From: Eledone cirrhosa | Taxonomy: Eukaryota | Reading direction: 5' to 3' | Length of the DNA: 64,000 bases | Assembly (NCBI GenBank): GCA_964016885.1 | Contig: OZ024741.1 | Span: forward strand, 13,764,001 to 13,828,000 | Part shown: piece by piece, positions 12,986 through 25,381 of the stretch | How the letters are laid out: every line of letters begins with the position of its first letter | How positions within the stretch are numbered: the stretch's first letter is position 1 | Translations under genes and position numbers: made by a program | Notes under the pieces: generated by a model | Told to the model about the DNA's origin: nothing | Database searches by the model: none | What the model saw: only the letters and a program-made list of their open reading frames with translations

Positions 12986-13552
12986 AGATTTCTTTGTTGT
13001 TTGTGCAAATGAAATATTATTGGTGTTGACTTTGTCGTCTGCTTTGCTTTCTGTTATGATGTTATTTTTGTGTTTTTTGTGTCTTTGTTTGTGGTATTAA
13101 TATTGTCATGCAATTTTTAAATTTTTTTTTGTTGTTGTTGGAATCAATGTCCAGATTTGTGTTTTCGTCATTTTTCTCCGCACATTCGTCTGTTTTTATT
13201 TTATTTTTTCTTTCCTTCTCTATGACGTTAGTTGGGAAGGAAGGGGGGGGGGACTAAAGCGTGCGAGCTTACAACTCTTACCGCTATCCCCCACCACTAT
13301 TTTCGTTAGCTTCGTTTAACATTTCTGTCAGACGATTGAAATGTTATGCCACAACATTTTAAAAAACAGGTTTTTCACCCCTGGGAGGGGCGAAGATGAG
13401 CTGACCCACCGCCTGACAGTTCAGACGGGGGGTCAAGGTACACAATAGTATCAAAATTAAAATTGAACTTACAAAATTTCCGCAATAAATTGGAACAAAA
13501 CTTCTGCGCGAAGTGAATTACATCCACACTGTAGAACAGACGACAGCTAGAA

Positions 13553-13584
13553 TATAGATAGATACATAGATAGATAGATAGATA
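13553..13584. repeat. (GATA)n tract between copies C and D
   Basis: Read directly. Confidence 0.95.
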
Positions 13585-13810
13585 TGTTTCTTTTTATTTG
13601 CCACCAGGGCATCAAAAAGTGGGACAAGTACAATGGGGGGAGTTTACATGAAAAGGCGAGTAAAGAAAATAAATAACAAATATAAAATTAACAATAAACT
13701 TAACAATAAATCCTGGGGGGGTCACACACACCCCCGAAAAAAAAATGTGCAACCCCTTCTCCTCAGGAGCACAGAGAGAGGGTGCTCCCTCGTTCCTTTC
13801 TCTTTTCCAC

Positions 13811-16800
13811 CTACAGGCTTATGTAAAGAGAAGGCCCATTCACACGGGCCATTCTCGCCACTTTCACCCACCTTTCATAAAAACGACTGGGGTGCAGCAC
13901 CTCTCTCTCCATCCTGATCCTTCTTCCGAAATGATATCGGAAGAAACGGACTAGTTGTTGGCCAGAGAGAAAAGTGCCCGAGCAGTGTACCAATGAATGT
14001 GCAACTGTTTCCTCGTCGCACACGCATCTGGGACAGATCTTTTTGGCGGGGTCCCTACCCGGGCGCCCGTGTCTGTAGAGCTTTTCTCGAACGGGTAGAG
14101 CCCCTCGGTAGCACTGCCAGGCCAGGGACTTCTGGAAGTTGTCCATAGGTCCCGGGCTGAATGTCCTACCGAACAGGCTGGCCAGTTCTCCTTCCTCCAT
14201 GTCTAGGGCTTCTCCGAGGGCGTCGTCGCACCTGCTGCGTACCAGCCATCTATAGAATGTTGCGGTGGAGTCTCCACTGATAACCGGATCCGCCTGCCAG
14301 AGGACGGTGAGCGCCTGGGCACACTCAGTGTGCCAGGCGCCCAGTTTTCTCGGTATTTGCTTGACCCAGGATTGCAGCTCGGCGAGTGAGACGAGTCTGG
14401 GAAAGGTTCGTCTCACAAACGAGGACCACACCGGTTGATCGGTGAGGAATACGTGGAGGTGCCGTAGCCTTAATGCGTGTTTACGCATCATTAGCCACGG
14501 CATCCCCAGCCCTCCTTTCGAAGGGTGTTGACAGCAGATGGATCTCCTCACCAAAGGAGCCCGCCTCTTCCAAAGGAATTGGAAGAACGCGCGCTCCATC
14601 TTGGCGAGGGTTTCCCTTGGGCAAGGCACGGCGGTCAGGCGGTAGTAGATGACGGACGCTATATAGGTGTTCGCCACCTCCGCCCGACCTTTCAGGGATA
14701 GTTTGCAACTGGCCCACTTCTGGGTCAGTGCAAACACCCTGTTCGTAACCTCTGCCCAGTTCTCCACCTGGAGGTCTGGTCCGAACCAGACCCCGAGCAA
14801 CTTCACCGTGCCCTCCGTCCAGCGTCCGACGACGCCATTGGAGGGCATCGGTTTTCCCCTCCACGTGCCGAGTTGCAAACCGATCGACTTGTCCCGGTTC
14901 AGCTTAGCCCCTGTGAACCTTTCGTACTCCTCCAGTAAAGTGCCGATCGCCCCGATTTCGGAGGCCGTCGACACCATTACTGTCACGTCGTCGGTGTAGG
15001 CCGACACCGCTTTCCGCAATCCCGGTTCCAAAGGGATGCCCTGCAACAACTCCAACTTCCGCAGTAGTGGATCGAGAGTCAATACATACAGAAGGGAGGA
15101 GAGAGGGCACCCTTGACGGATGGACCGCGCGATTTCGAACGGCTCCGAGAGGTAGCCGTTCACCTTGACTCTAGAGCAGATGCGGCTGCTGTGCATAGCA
15201 GTGATCCAGCCCCAGAAAACGGGTCCGAAGCCTGCCGCCGCTAGCACCGCATCCAGGTAACCATGGTCGACCCTATCGAACGCCTTAGATTGATCCAAGT
15301 TGATCAGAGCCCCACCAAAGCCGGGTTCGTTCCCAACCCTCTCTATGATGTATCGCATGAGGTGGAGGTTGTCATGGATGAACCTGGACGGGATAGCACA
15401 TGTCTGCGCATCTCCCACCAGGTTGCCCACGACAAGCGCCAACCTCTTTGCTAGCACCTTGGCCAAAATCTGTAACTCTGTATTTAGCAGAGTTATGGGC
15501 CTGAAGTTACTTATTTCGTCCCCCTTGTTCTCGTCCTTCCTCACTAGCGTGACTACGCCCTTGGTCACAGCACAGGGAATTCTCCCGTTCTGTTGCCAGT
15601 TGCAGTGGACCGCCTCGAGGAGATCGGGGAACAAATCCGGCATAGCTAGATATAGTTCGTATGGAAGACCATCGAGACCCGGGGATTTGCTTTTGCCGCA
15701 TTGGCTCACACGTCCTCTATCTCAGCGGCTGAAATAGGATCCTCGCAGGACTTCGCCTCCCTGTCCGAGAGACGCGGCAGGCCGCCGAGGTATGGACCGA
15801 AGTCCACATCCCAAATCGGGAAAAGTGCTTTTGAAAGGCCTCACACATCTGCTTAGGTTCAAGGATCGCCCGTCCATCCTGGTCTCGCAAAGGCCGGATG
15901 GTGGATTTAGTTCCACTCTTGGCTTCTGTCACGCGGGCCCAGCTAACAGCTTTGGTCCCCTCGTTCCCTAGAGCACGTATTTTACTTCGGACAACGCAGC
16001 CTTCGTGCTTCGCGTCGAAAAACTGGCTCAAAGCCGTTCTCGACGCTAGCACTCTGGCCACGTCGCCGCTTCTAATTGCCTCTTCTACTCTATCTATCAG
16101 CTCCCTTTCCTTCCTATTCCTATCCGCAGCTAGAACCTTACTAAATTCTATCGAGACTAATCTAATCTCTCTCTTTAGAGATACCCACCACCTGCTGTTG
16201 ACGATCGCTCCAGTCAACCGCTCCTTAACTAACGTACTAATCCGGTCCCTGTAAGCTTTACTTGCCGGTAAGGACAAGTTCAGCTTCCAGTAACCGGGGC
16301 CATGTCTATGCGTTCTATCAAGGTTGACCATGCAGGTCACCAACTTGTGGTCTGAATAGCCAACCATGAGCATTACTGGACAACTTAAAAAGTCCCTGTC
16401 CTTATTTCTAACTAAAAACCTATCTAGGTACGACCTATATGATCCGCTGCGATTTGACCAAGACCAGGTTGGCACCGTCGGAAAATATAGTTGAAATCTA
16501 TCGGCCAGGTCAAATCGGCCGAGTAACCCCTTGAGGCTGTTGCACTCCTCTCTATCGGGACATGCCCCTGCAACGTCCCAACGTGCATCCAGGATACCAT
16601 TCCAGTCCCCCACTAAAAGCAGGGAACGGGACGTCCCTAGAAAAGACTCCAGACGCTGGAAAAAGTCGGGCCGCTCTGTCCCAAAAGGGGCATATGCGGC
16701 TACCAGCCTAAAGGCTCCACCTTCACCACTGCCAAGGTCCAGCACCACCAGTCGACCTCCTGGGTCCAAGTGAACTATCTGTGTGGCAAGACCCAGATGT

Positions 16801-17027
16801 TTTTGCAGCAGAACGACAACCCCACCCCCACCTCCGGGCTGACAGAGAGATGCGTACATCTCAAAGTCATCAAAGGTGGGGGCCAGCTGTCGCATGCTGC
16901 TGATCCGGGCCTCGCAGATAACCATCACATTTATAGATCGTGACCTGAGGTCATTTAGAAGCATTGCTTGCTTCCAAGATGAGCCCAGGCCACGCGCATT
17001 TAGACAGCCTACTCTGAGCACAGCCAT
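13811..17027 (-). pseudogene. ORF2 of copy D
   Basis: 444-aa EN segment plus 632-aa RT segment. Confidence 0.92.
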
Positions 17028-17051
17028 GTTGGTGGCAAGGAGAAAGGGCAC

Positions 17052-18916
17052 TTACCTCTCTGCGTCCCGGGAAGCGGGCCGCTCAATTTCCATGCTGGTT
17101 GGGGATGGGTTGTTGGGTGGGGTGGTGGTTTGTGGAAGTGTAGGGGCATCAGTGTGTTGTGGGGTTGGGGTGTTTGTGGTTGAGTGGGTGTCTGGGTGGC
17201 GGGTGGGGAAATTTTTTAGGAGGACGCAGTTGATTGGCTTGGCGCTGGGGAGGCCCACGTCCTCCGTGAAATTTATTTTGAAAGTTTTATATAAGTTCAT
17301 TGGGACTTTAATCATTTGTAAATGAGGTAGTCCCACAGCAGTTATAAAGTTAGGCCCTTCAGTTTGGACCGAAGGGTTTGATGAAATTGTGTTCATTAGT
17401 TCTTTGTTGTCTGTGTTCATGTATGTATATTGTAAAGTCTTTTTTTGCGTAGCAGTTAGTGTTGTGTGACGGGGAGGGGTGGTTTGTATATAGTTTGTGT
17501 TCTCTTGGGGAGGGTTAATGTTAACAAGTGTGTCTGTGGTGCGTCTCCTCTTCTTTCTTTTTACTGTTTGGAAGGGATCTTTTTCGTCTTGCGACGAAAG
17601 GGGTTCGTCTTCCTTGTTAGGTGGGAGGGGTATGTTTTCTGGTAGTGTTTGCGGTGTGTGTGTTTTTGTATTTGTTTTGGGTGGGGTGGGGGTGGGGAGG
17701 GGTGGGTGGTACAGTGTTCTGTGTTGTTTTTTCACGTGTTTGATGTTGTGGTGGTGGTGGTGTTGTTGTTTTTGTTGTTGTTGTTGGGATGGTGTTGGTA
17801 TTGGTTGTTGGGGTGTTGGTAGCAATGTTTTTTTCTGTGTGAGCTGGGGACAGGGAGCCCTCAGGTGACCTCTATTGCCACAGAGGTAACAGGAGGGACG
17901 CCTACCCTCCACAATAATGTTGAGGTGGGTATGGTCATCCAGCATGACGCGCTCAGGGATTTGGGCGATACGTTCTGGCTTTATTTAGGTCAGAACTTCG
18001 ATACTTGTTCCACTGAACGCGTCGCCGGATGCCTTCCCTATTGATATGAGGTTGTCCTCGTCTAAGTTGAGGAAACCGGTTAGTAACCACCTGTAGTTTA
18101 TGTTTGGGGTGATGGTGGTTATCCATATTCTTTGTTTTTTTTACCCATGTAGGTGGGGGAAAATGTGTAATGTCTGGAACGAATTGGCGACACAGAGTAT
18201 TTTTTCGCCGCCAATTCGTCTTTCATCAATATGGATAAACTCCCATAGAGTTTATCCTTTTGTATGAAAGTAATGTCTTTCCAAGCCTCTTTCAGGACTA
18301 ACTGAATTTCAGCTTGAGATGGTTGTGCTGGTTTTTTTGTTTTGTTGTCAATTGTACGGAATACAACAGTTCGTAATTCCGTCTGTTTTTTAAGTTCTGA
18401 AGGCGAATTGATAGAAAACGATCCATTTTCACCAAACGAAACATATTTTTTCGCTTTTTCAAGCATTTCTTTTGCATTTGATATATCTTCAAGCACATAT
18501 GTGACTGATATTTTAGCAGTTTGTGCAAAAGATATTTTGTTTTCATTGTTGGTGTTTGAATTGTATTGTTTCTCGTCATTTGCGTTGTTTTCATTTTTGT
18601 TGTTGTTGTCTTTCTCGTTTGGTGTGGTGGTAGATGGATAGATAGATAGATAGTTTTCATTTTCTGTATTTTTTGGTGTCTGTTGTGGGCTGTTATTTTC
18701 ATTTTTTGTTGTGTGAATTTCCATTTCTTTACGAAAGGAAGTGTTTTCTACTGTGACGTTTGTGACGTCAGGCGTGTTCAGTTGCTTACAAGCAGCTAGG
18801 TGTTGAGGCGATGTTGGCCTTTCTTTGTCCATGTCTGCTACTACCTGCTGGTCAAGTAGGCATGGCTTTCCCTTCCCATCTTCTTGTTTTGGCAAAGAAG
18901 TAGGTGCTTCGGCCAT
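17052..18916 (-). pseudogene. ORF1 of copy D
   Basis: MAEAPT... start, CCHC knuckle, ends ASRDAER*. Confidence 0.88.
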
Positions 18917-19130
18917 TTTTAAAAAAATGTAGTTTCACAAAAATGTTTTCGAAGATATTTTGGATGTTTTTGCCCTGAGGGACACGATATTTTGGAGGAC
19001 TGACCAGATCAAAATTTGACCTGTCAGTCCCTCTACAAATTGGTATAAAATTAAAAGTTCACAATGACGAATTTCTAAGGAAATTTAAACAAAACTTACC
19101 GAGCAAGTTTGACACGTGTCCATCCCAGCG

Positions 19131-19153
19131 AGATATAGATAAATAGATAGATA
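19131..19153. repeat. short (GATA)n tract between copies D and E
   Basis: agatatagataaatagatagata. Confidence 0.9.
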
Positions 19154-19416
19154 TGTTTCTTTTATTTGCCACTAGGGCATCAAAAGTGGAACAAGTTCAA
19201 AGGGGGGAGTTTACACAAAAAGGCGTCCTCAATAACGAGGAGGCAATAACAAAATATAAAAATAAAATAAGATATAACAAAAAATAGAATTATAACAAAA
19301 TCCTCAATAGAGAGGAGGCGCCTTGGGGGGTCGCACACACCCCCGAAAGAAGTGTGCAACCCTTCTCCTCGGGAGCACAGAGAAGGGGTGCTCCCTTGGT
19401 CTTTCATCTTCCTCAC

Positions 19417-22400
19417 CTATAGTCTGATGTAGAGTGAAGGCCCATTCACACGGGCCATTCTCGCCACTTTCACCCATCTTTCATAGAAACGGCTGGGGTG
19501 CAGCACCTCTCTCTCCATCCTGATCCTTCTTCCGAAATGATATCGGAAGAAACGGACCAGTTGTTGGCCAGAGAGAAAGGTGCCTGACCTCAGTCCTTTC
19601 AGACGCGTCCACCATACAACCTCTTTCGCCATGGCTATTACGCACAGAAACACCGCCTCTGCTTCATCTTTGAAGGGGGGAGGCGGCTTGATCATTACAA
19701 TAGACTCGGTGGTCAACCGGATCGGTCCCACCCTTGACAGCAGTTGTTCGACATAGCCCCACAGATCGGCTACGCCCGAACAGTGTACCAATGCGTGTGC
19801 AACGGTTTCCTCGTCGCACACGCATCTGGGACAGTTCTCTTTGGCGGGGTCCCTACCCGGGCGCCCGTGTCTGTAGAGCCTTTCTCGAACGGGTAAAGCC
19901 CCTCGGTAGCACTGCCAGGCCAGGGACTTCTGGAAGTTGTCCATAGGTCCCGGGCTGAATGTCCTACCGAACAGGCTGGCCAGTTCGTCCTCCTCCATGT
20001 CTAGGGCTTCTCCGAGGGCGTCGTCGCACCTGCTGCGTACCAGCCCTCTATAGAATGTTGCGGTGGAGTCTCCACTGATAACCGGATCCGCCTGCCAGAG
20101 GGCGGTGAGCGCCTGGGCACACTCAGTGTGCCAGGCGCCCAGTTTTCTCGGTCTTTGCTTGACCCAGGATTGCAGCTCGGTGAGTGAGACGAGTCTGGGA
20201 AAGGTTCGTCTCACAAACGAGGCCCACACCGGTTGTCCGGTGAGGAATACGTAGAGGTGCCGTAGCCTTAATGCGTGTTTACGCATCATTAGCCACGGCA
20301 TCCCCAGCCCTCCTTTCGAAGGGTGTTGACAGCAGATGGATCTCCTCACCATAGGAGCCCGCCTCTTCCAAAGGAATTAGAAGAGCGCGCGCTCCATCTT
20401 GGTGAGGGTTTCCCTTGGGCAGGGCACTACGGTCAGGCGGTAGTAGATGACGGACGCTATGTAGGTGTTCGCCACCTCCGCCCGACCTTTCAGGGATAGT
20501 TTGCAACTGGCCCACTTCTGGGTCAGTGCAAAGACCCTGTTTGTAACCTACGCCCAGTTTTTCTCCACCTGGAGGTCCGGTCCGAACCAGACCCCGAGCA
20601 ACTTCACCGGGCCCTCCGTCCAGCGTCCGACGACGCCATCGGAGGGCATCGGTCTGCCCCTCCACGTGCCGAGTTGCAAACCGATCGACTTGTCCCGGTT
20701 CAGCTTAGCCCCTGTGAACTTTTCGTACTCCTCCAGTAAGGTGCCGACCGCCTCGATTTCGGAGGCCGTCGACACCATTACTGTCACGTCATCGGCGTAG
20801 GCCGACACCGCTTTCCGCAATCCCGGTTCCAAAGGGATGCCCTGCAACAACTCCAACTTCCGCAGTAGTGGCTCGAGAGTCAACACATACAGAAGGGAGG
20901 AGAGAGGGCACCCTTGTCGGATGGACCGCGCGATTTTGAACGGCTCCGAGAGGTAGCCGTTCACCTTGACCCTAGAGCAGATGCGGCTGCTGTGCATAGC
21001 AGTGATCCAGCCCCAGAAAACGGGTCCGAAGCCTGCCGCCGCTAGCACCGCATCCAGGTAACCATGGTCGACCCTATCGAACGCCTTAGATTGATCCAAG
21101 TTGATCAGAGCCTCACCAAAGCCGGGTTCGTTCCCAACCCTCTCTATGATGTATCGCATGAGGTGGAGGTTGTCATGGATGGACCTGGACGGGATAGCGC
21201 ATGTCTGCGCATCTCCCACCAGGTTGCCCACGACAAGCGCCAACCTCTTTGCTAGCACCTTGGCCAAAATCTGTAACTCTGTATTTAGCAGAGTTATGGG
21301 CCTGAAGTTACTTATTTCGTCCCCCTTGTTCTCGTCCTTCCTCACTAGCGTGACTACGCCCTTGGTCACAGTACAGGGAATTCTCCCGTTCTGTTGCCAG
21401 TTGCAGTAGACCGCCTCGAGGAGATCGGGGAACAAGTCCGGCATAGCTAGATATAATTCGTAAGGAAGACCATCGAGACCCGGGGATTTGCGTTTGCCGC
21501 ATTGGCTCAGCACGTCCTCTATCTCAGCGGCCGAAATCGGCTCCTCGCAGGACTTCGCCTCCCTGTCCGAGAGGCGCGGCAGGCCGTCGAGGTATGGACC
21601 GAAGTCCACGTTCCCAACCGGCTCCCCGCCTCTCCCGAACAGTCGGGCAAAGTGCCTTTGAAAGGCCTCACACATCTGCTTAGGCTCAAGAATCGCCCGT
21701 CCATCCAGGTCTCGCAAAGACCGGATGGTGGATTTAGTTCCACTGATGGCCTCTGTCACGCGGGCCCAGCTAACAGCTTTGGTCCACTCGTTCCCTAGAG
21801 CACGTATTTTACTTCGGACAACGCAGCCTTCGTGCTTCGCGTCGAAAAACTGGCTCAAAGCCGTTCTCGACGCTAGCACTCTGGCCACGTCGCCGCTTCT
21901 AATTGCCTCTTCTACTCTATCTATTAGCTCCCTTTCCTTCCTATTCCTATCCGCAGCTAGAACCTTACTAAATTCTATCGAGACTACTCTAATCTCTCTC
22001 TTTAGAGATACCCACCACCTGCTGTTGACGATCGCTCCAGTCAACCGTTCCTTAACTAACGTACTAATCCGATTCCTGTAGGCTCTACTTGCCGTCAAGG
22101 ACAAGTTGAGCTTCCAGTAACCGGGGCCCTGTCTATGAGTTCTGTCAAGGTTGACCATGCAGGTCACTAATTTGTGGTCTGAATAGCCAACCATGCGCAT
22201 TTTTGGACAACTTAAAAAGTCCTTATCCTTAATTCTAACTAAGAACCTATCTAGGTACGACCTAGATGATCCGCTACGATTTGTCCAAGTCCAGGTTTGC
22301 GCAGTCGGAAAATCTAGTCGATATCTATCGGCCAGGTCAAATCGACCGATTAACCCTTTGAGGCTATTACACCCCTCTCTATCGGGACAGGCCCCTACGT

Positions 22401-22852
22401 AGTCCCAGCGTGCATCTAGGATACCATTCCAGTCCCCACTAATAGCAAGAGCGGGACGTCCCTAGAAAAGTCTCCAGACGATGGAAGAAGTCCGGCCGCA
22501 TTGACCCGAAAGGGCCGTAGGCGGCTACCAACCTAAACGCTCCGCCTTTACCACTGCCAAGGTCCAGAACCACTAGTCGACCCTCCGGGTCCAAATGTAC
22601 CATCTGTGTTGCGAGACCCAGATGTTTTTGCAGCAGAACGACAACTCCACCCCCACCTCCGGGCTGACAGAGAGATGCGTGCATCTCAAAGTCATCAAAG
22701 GTGGGGGCCAACTGTCGCACGTTGCTGATCCGGGCCTCGCAAATAACCATCACATCTATACGTTGTGACCTGAGGTCATTTAGAAGCATTGCTTGCTTCC
22801 AAGTTGAGCCCAGGCCACGCGCATTTAAACAGCCTACTCTTAGCATAGCCAT
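19417..22852 (-). pseudogene. ORF2 of copy E
   Basis: EN, RT and CPRC..HALVHC motifs; premature stop at 20548 and a frameshift near 22440. Confidence 0.92.
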
Positions 22853-22876
22853 GTTGGTGGTGAAGAGAAAAGGCAC

Positions 22877-24456
22877 TTACCTCTCTGCGTCCCGGGTATC
22901 GGGCTGCACAATTTCCATTAGGGTGGGGGATGGGTTGTTGGGTGGGGTGGTGGTTTGTGGAAGTGTGGGGGCATCAGTGTGTTGTGTGGTTGGGGAGCTT
23001 GGAGTTGTGTGGGTGTTTGGGGAGGGAGTGGGATAGTTTTTTAGGAGGACGCGGTTAATGGGCCAGACGCAGGGGGGACCCACGTCCTCTTTAAAATTGT
23101 TTTTTAAAGTTTTATAGGTGTCCTGTGGGGCCTTAATCATTTTGAGGTGGGGGAAATCCGCTGCCTGGGTGAAGTTAGGCCCTTGTGTTTTTATTAGATT
23201 GTTGTTGTACACAATGTTTAACAGTTTTTTGTTTCTTGTGTTTATGTATGTGTATGCATGTTTTTGTTTTTGTGTGGTGTTTTTTGTTTACTGTTGTTGT
23301 GAGCTCTTTTGTGTTGGTGTCAGTGTTATGTTTTGGGGAGGGGTTTTTTTCATTTGTGTGTCTGAGGTGTGTTTTCTTTTTTTTCTTTTGATTGTGTGGA
23401 AGTGCTCCTCCTCGTCTGACGACGAACTAGGGTCATCTTCCGCGTTGGAGGGGAGGGGTATATTTTCGGGTTGTGTTTGCGGTACGGGTGTTTTGGAAAT
23501 TGTTTTTGTTTTTTGAGTGGAGGGGATGGGTTGGACATTGTTTTGTTTTGGTTTGAGCTGTGGTGGTTGTTTTTGTAGTGGTAGTTGTGGTGATTGTGTT
23601 GGTTGTGCAGTTGTTGGTGGTGTAGGCAGGATTGGGGTTTTCTTATTAAGTTGACAGCCCTCAGGTGACCTCTGGTTCCGCAGAGGTAACACGAGGGCCG
23701 TCTACCCTCAACGGTAATGTTGATGAAGGTTAGATCATCCAGTATGACGCGTTCAGGGATCTGGGCGATCCTTTCGGGCCTCATTTGAACTACAAGTTCG
23801 AGGCTCGTTCCACTGAACGCGTCACCCGATGCCTTTCCCATGGACACCAGCATGTCATCCTCCAGGTCCAGAAAACCTGTCAAAACCCACCATATGTCCA
23901 TAATCGGCAGGATGGTGTGGATTTTTATTTTTTGTGTTCTTCTACCCATGTACGTAGGGTAGAAGGTGTATGCGGTGGATGTGATTGGTTTGATGGACAG
24001 TTTCACTGCTGTGTCCCTGTCCTTCATGAGAATGGATAGACTCCCGTAGAGTCTATCCTTCTGAATGAAGGTGATGTCCTTCATGACGTCTTTTAAAACC
24101 AGCTCTATCTCGCTCTGTGATGGTTGAGCTGGTTTTTTACTTTTGTTCGAGATTGTCCTAAACATGACCGTGTTTAGGAGTCTCTGGCTTTTTAGTTCCG
24201 GGGGGGGGGGATGGATTGTGAATGAACCATTTTCCCCGTACACTATATATTTTTTTCGCATCCGCCAGTAGCTCCTTCGCTTTTGTTATATCTACTGGCA
24301 GATAGTCGAGGGTTTTCCTTGTCGTCTCGGCGAAGGAGAAATTTTGTTTGTTTGTGTTGTTGTTGTCGTTGGTGGTGTTGTTGTTATCATTGTTGTTGTT
24401 GTCACCGTTATTGGTCTTGTTGTTGTTGTTATTGTTATTGTTATTGGTGTTGTTTT
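22877..24456 (-). pseudogene. ORF1 of copy E (5'-truncated)
   Basis: Near-identical to ORF1 of copy B; ends PDTRDAER*. Confidence 0.87.
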
Positions 24457-24500
24457 ATAGATAAATAGATAGATAGATAAATAGATAGATAGTTAGATAG

Positions 24501-24531
<31 letters not shown>

Positions 24532-24540
24532 GTTAGATAG

Positions 24541-24571
<31 letters not shown>

Positions 24572-24573
24572 GT

Positions 24574-24604
<31 letters not shown>

Positions 24605-24620
24605 ATAGATAAATAGATAA

Positions 24621-24651
<31 letters not shown>

Positions 24652-24671
24652 GATACATAGATAGATAGATA
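24457..24671. repeat. long (GATA)n tract with AATA/GTTA variants
   Basis: ~215 bp read directly. Confidence 0.98.
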
Positions 24672-24672
24672 A

Positions 24673-25060
24673 TTTTCTTTTTATTTGCCACCAGGGCATC
24701 AAAAAGTGGGACAAGTACAATTGGGGGGGGGGGGGGTTTACATAAGAAGGCGTCCTCAATAAGGAGGAGGCAATAACAAAATATAAAAATGAAATAAAAT
24801 ATAAAAAAATAAAATTTATAACAAAATCCTCAATAGGGAGGAGGCGCCTTGGGGGGTCGCACACACCCCCGAAAAAAAGTGTGCAACCCTTCTCCTCAGG
24901 AGCACAGAGAGGGGGTGCTCCCTTGGTCTTTCATCTTCCTCACCTATAGTCTGATGTAGAGTGAAGGCCCATTCACACGGGCCATTCTCGCCACTTTCAC
25001 CCATCTTTCATAAAAACGGCTGGGGTGCAGCACCTCTCTCTCCATCCTGATCCTTCTTCC
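24673..25060 (-). mobile_element. Tx1 copy F, severely 5'-truncated (~390 bp: end of ORF2 + 3' UTR)
   Basis: Nearly identical to 2119-2490 and 19155-19530; GATA on both sides. Confidence 0.92.
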
Positions 25061-25093
25061 GATACATAGATAGATAGATACATAGATAGATAA

Positions 25094-25292
25094 ATTTCTT
25101 TATTAGCCTCAAGGGCACCTAAGAAGGGGACAAATACAAATGGGGAGTTTACATACAGGTATAGGAAAATAAAACTATTAATACAATAACAAATAACAAT
25201 TGAAATCCCCAATAGGGGGGAGGTGTTACACAGGGGTTGTACACACCCCGAAAAAATGTACAACCCTCATCTCCAGGAGCACCAAGAGTGAG
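25094..25292 (-). mobile_element. Tx1 copy G, 3' UTR only (~200 bp), divergent subfamily
   Basis: Shares 3'-end motifs (tttctttatt, ggggagtttacat, caccccgaaaaa, ggagcac) with the other copies; GATA on both sides. Confidence 0.8.
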
Positions 25293-25381
25293 TAGATAGA
25301 TACATAGATAGATACATAGATAGATTGATAAATCTCTCTCTCTATATATATATATAGAGAGAGAGAGAGATAGATAGATAT

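Larger units (their letters stand above)
7745..13552 (-). mobile_element. Tx1/L1-clade LINE copy C, full length (~5.8 kb), divergent subfamily
   Basis: ORF1 487-aa fragment with CHICAGRGHLKAAC; 820-aa ORF2 segment with NFRPITLLN, LDQSKAFDRVDH, QGCPLS, YADD; distinct 5' and 3' UTRs. Confidence 0.95.
13586..19130 (-). mobile_element. Tx1/L1-clade LINE copy D, full length with internal deletions
   Basis: ORF1 fragments 18119-18916 and 17052-17945 (CYLCGNRGHLRAPC); ORF2 15717-17051 plus 13811-15709; RT motif reads YTDD; deletion near 13975 relative to B and E. Confidence 0.95.
19155..24456 (-). mobile_element. Tx1/L1-clade LINE copy E, 5'-truncated inside the Asn-rich ORF1 N-terminus
   Basis: ORF2 fragments 22439-22876, 20548-22200, 19417-20352 (YADD); ORF1 fragments 23350-24261 and 22877-23212; no 5' UTR. 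Confidence 0.95.

Noticed and set aside
2702-22402. Recurrent plus-strand ORFs antisense to ORF2 (e.g. MFATSARPFRDSL...)
   Set aside because: Shadow frames of conserved ORF2, mostly with non-ATG starts.
2119-24456. An intact, active LINE copy
   Set aside because: Every copy has frameshifts or stops; some may be sequencing errors, but this cannot be judged here.
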